Source: Deinococcus sp. (GTDB lineage Bacteria; Deinococcota; Deinococci; Deinococcales; Deinococcaceae). Taken from it: a stretch of 64,000 nucleotides of DNA. This document shows positions 61,485-64,000 of this stretch, piece by piece (within the stretch, counting starts at the first letter, position 1; every line of letters begins with the position of its first letter). A model generated the notes under the pieces. It searched no databases and had not been told where the DNA came from. It saw nothing but the letters and a program-made list of their open reading frames with translations. The position numbers were made by a program, and so were the translations under genes. The stretch is from positions 256,001 through 320,000 of the forward strand of contig OZ253375.1 of the NCBI GenBank assembly GCA_965261005.1, written 5' to 3'.

Positions 61485-62453
61485 TCAGCCAAGCCGCGCC
61501 GGCCGCTCGCTCCCTTGCAGGTGAACGAGCTTTTCCGAGTCTTGCCACAACTTCGCCGCCTTGGCCGGGTCATACGAAACTTTAGAGGATCGCGCCGTGA
61601 GCAGTACGCCATCCTTGGATTGAAAATATTTACCGGAGCCGGTGGCAAACGCTGGGTCGGCCGCGATGTTGGCGAGGGCGTCGCCGGAAAAGCCAAGGCT
61701 GCCCATCGTCACGCCGAGCCGCTTAAATAGCGCCTTGGCCGGCGAAGTCTGCAAGAGCCGCTGGGCGAAGGTGGGCAAAGCGCGGGTGAGTCCGGTTTCA
61801 GGAATGAAGCCGGGATCGAAGGCGATGGAGGCGATGGGCACGCCCGCTTGGCGTAACCTTCGGTCCAGTTCGTAGGCGTACATGATGTCGCACAGCTTGG
61901 ACGTCGTGTAGCGCCGGCCGCCCGAGATCGGTTGTTGGCCGTCCTTGCCTTGGCGGACCAGGGTGTTCGCGTCCGGCTCTACGGCGGCGCCGACGGTCTT
62001 GCCGTCCATGCTGTCGGGATCGTGTGTTCCACTGGCGGTGAACACGACGCGACCTTCCGCCGCGACACAGTCCAGCAGCAGGTTGACCAGCAGAAAATGG
62101 CCGAGACAGTTGACCGCGAAGGTCTCCTCGTACCCGTCGGCGCTGTAGGAGGGCGGCCCCTGGAATGAGGCGCCCGCGTTGCACACCACGACCTGGAGCG
62201 AATCAATTCGGCCGTCCCCCAGCATGGCGCGGCAGCCATCGGCCGCCGCCCGCACCGAGGCGAGCGACGCCAGATCGAGCGCGAGCGTGTTCACCTTGAC
62301 GCCGTAAAGGGTGCGAAGCTGCTGTGCTGCGGCCTGAACCCGCTGCACGTCCCGGCCTGCCAAAAGCAGGTTGACGTGAAAATTGGCCGCGAGGCGCCTC
62401 GCGCACTCAAACCCGATGCCAGCATGGCCGCCCGTAATCAGAACTGTTGACAT
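61485..62453 (-). CDS. SDR oxidoreductase (protochlorophyllide/retinol dehydrogenase-like)
   Basis: TGGHAGIG, CNAG, NCLGHFLL, YTTSK. Confidence 0.9.
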   Translation of the reverse strand: MSTVLITGGHAGIGFECARRLAANFHVNLLLAGRDVQRVQAAAQQLRTLYGVKVNTLALDLASLASVRAAADGCRAMLGDGRIDSLQVVVCNAGASFQGPPSYSADGYEETFAVNCLGHFLLVNLLLDCVAAEGRVVFTASGTHDPDSMDGKTVGAAVEPDANTLVRQGKDGQQPISGGRRYTTSKLCDIMYAYELDRRLRQAGVPIASIAFDPGFIPETGLTRALPTFAQRLLQTSPAKALFKRLGVTMGSLGFSGDALANIAADPAFATGSGKYFQSKDGVLLTARSSKVSYDPAKAAKLWQDSEKLVHLQGSERPARLG

Positions 62454-62472
62454 GTCTCCTCCGATGAACCCT

Positions 62473-62517
62473 GGTTGACAATGTCAACATTACTCGCTTA
62501 GGTTGACATTGTCAACC
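62473..62517. promoter_or_regulatory. Tandem palindromic operators (probable TetR sites)
   Basis: GTTGACAATGTCAAC (62474-62488) and GGTTGACATTGTCAACC (62501-62517) upstream of SDR-tetR. Confidence 0.75.
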
Positions 62518-62592
62518 ACTGGAGAGGGCCGTTCCAGCTTAAAAAACTTCCCGAATGCCAAACGCTCCCCCGACCGCGTGCCATCATGAGCC

Positions 62593-62768
62593 GTGACCGA
62601 CAACGCCGCGAACGAGAGGGACGCCGAACCGGGGCGTGAACGGGTGCAGGCCGACCCCGGCGAGTTCTGGATCATCCTGCGGGCCGCCTTCTCGGTGCTG
62701 TGGCTACCTATCACGCTGTTTACGGGCGGCTTTTTTCTGTTCTACTTTCTGATGTGGTTGTGGCTGGG

Positions 62769-62772
<4 letters not shown>
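62593..62772 (+). CDS. Small membrane protein (59 aa; not in the ORF track)
   Basis: GTG start, aromatic/hydrophobic C-terminal helix, ATGA overlap with the mutase start. Confidence 0.55.

Positions 62773-64000
<1,228 letters not shown>

Overview
GC-rich window that looks like a Deinococcus-type (Deinococcota) chromosome; many genes have a TANNNT -10 box 5-7 nt before the start codon and no RBS. The core genes are typA, an alpha-glucan/trehalose set (mak, glgE, glgC, treS, treY, treZ, glgX), msrA, leuS, cysS, purD, tRNA-Leu(CAA)-secG, an Opp/Dpp-type ABC operon and a truncated methylmalonyl-CoA mutase. Accessory content is two AbrB-VapC pairs, a VbhA antitoxin with a Fic relic, an IS605-type tnpA/tnpB element, two copies of one IS4-family element, and a second IS4 element with a nested IS701-like element. 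The most notable region is 41.4-50.2 kb on the minus strand. A DUF4157 (eCIS-core) polymorphic toxin and its coupled immunity gene are followed by silent allelic cassettes of the same toxin tip plus cognate immunity variants. The cassettes are joined at one recurring DAAYFGQLEGR-coding sequence, the immunity genes are mosaic, and one has been hit by three IS insertions. Also found: leaderless uORF attenuators before cysS and leuS (cognate codon at position 6 in both), a PafBC-like WYL promoter before VOC-alkA, and a lincosamide nucleotidyltransferase-like relic. All family assignments come from recognising motifs by eye; no searches were run.
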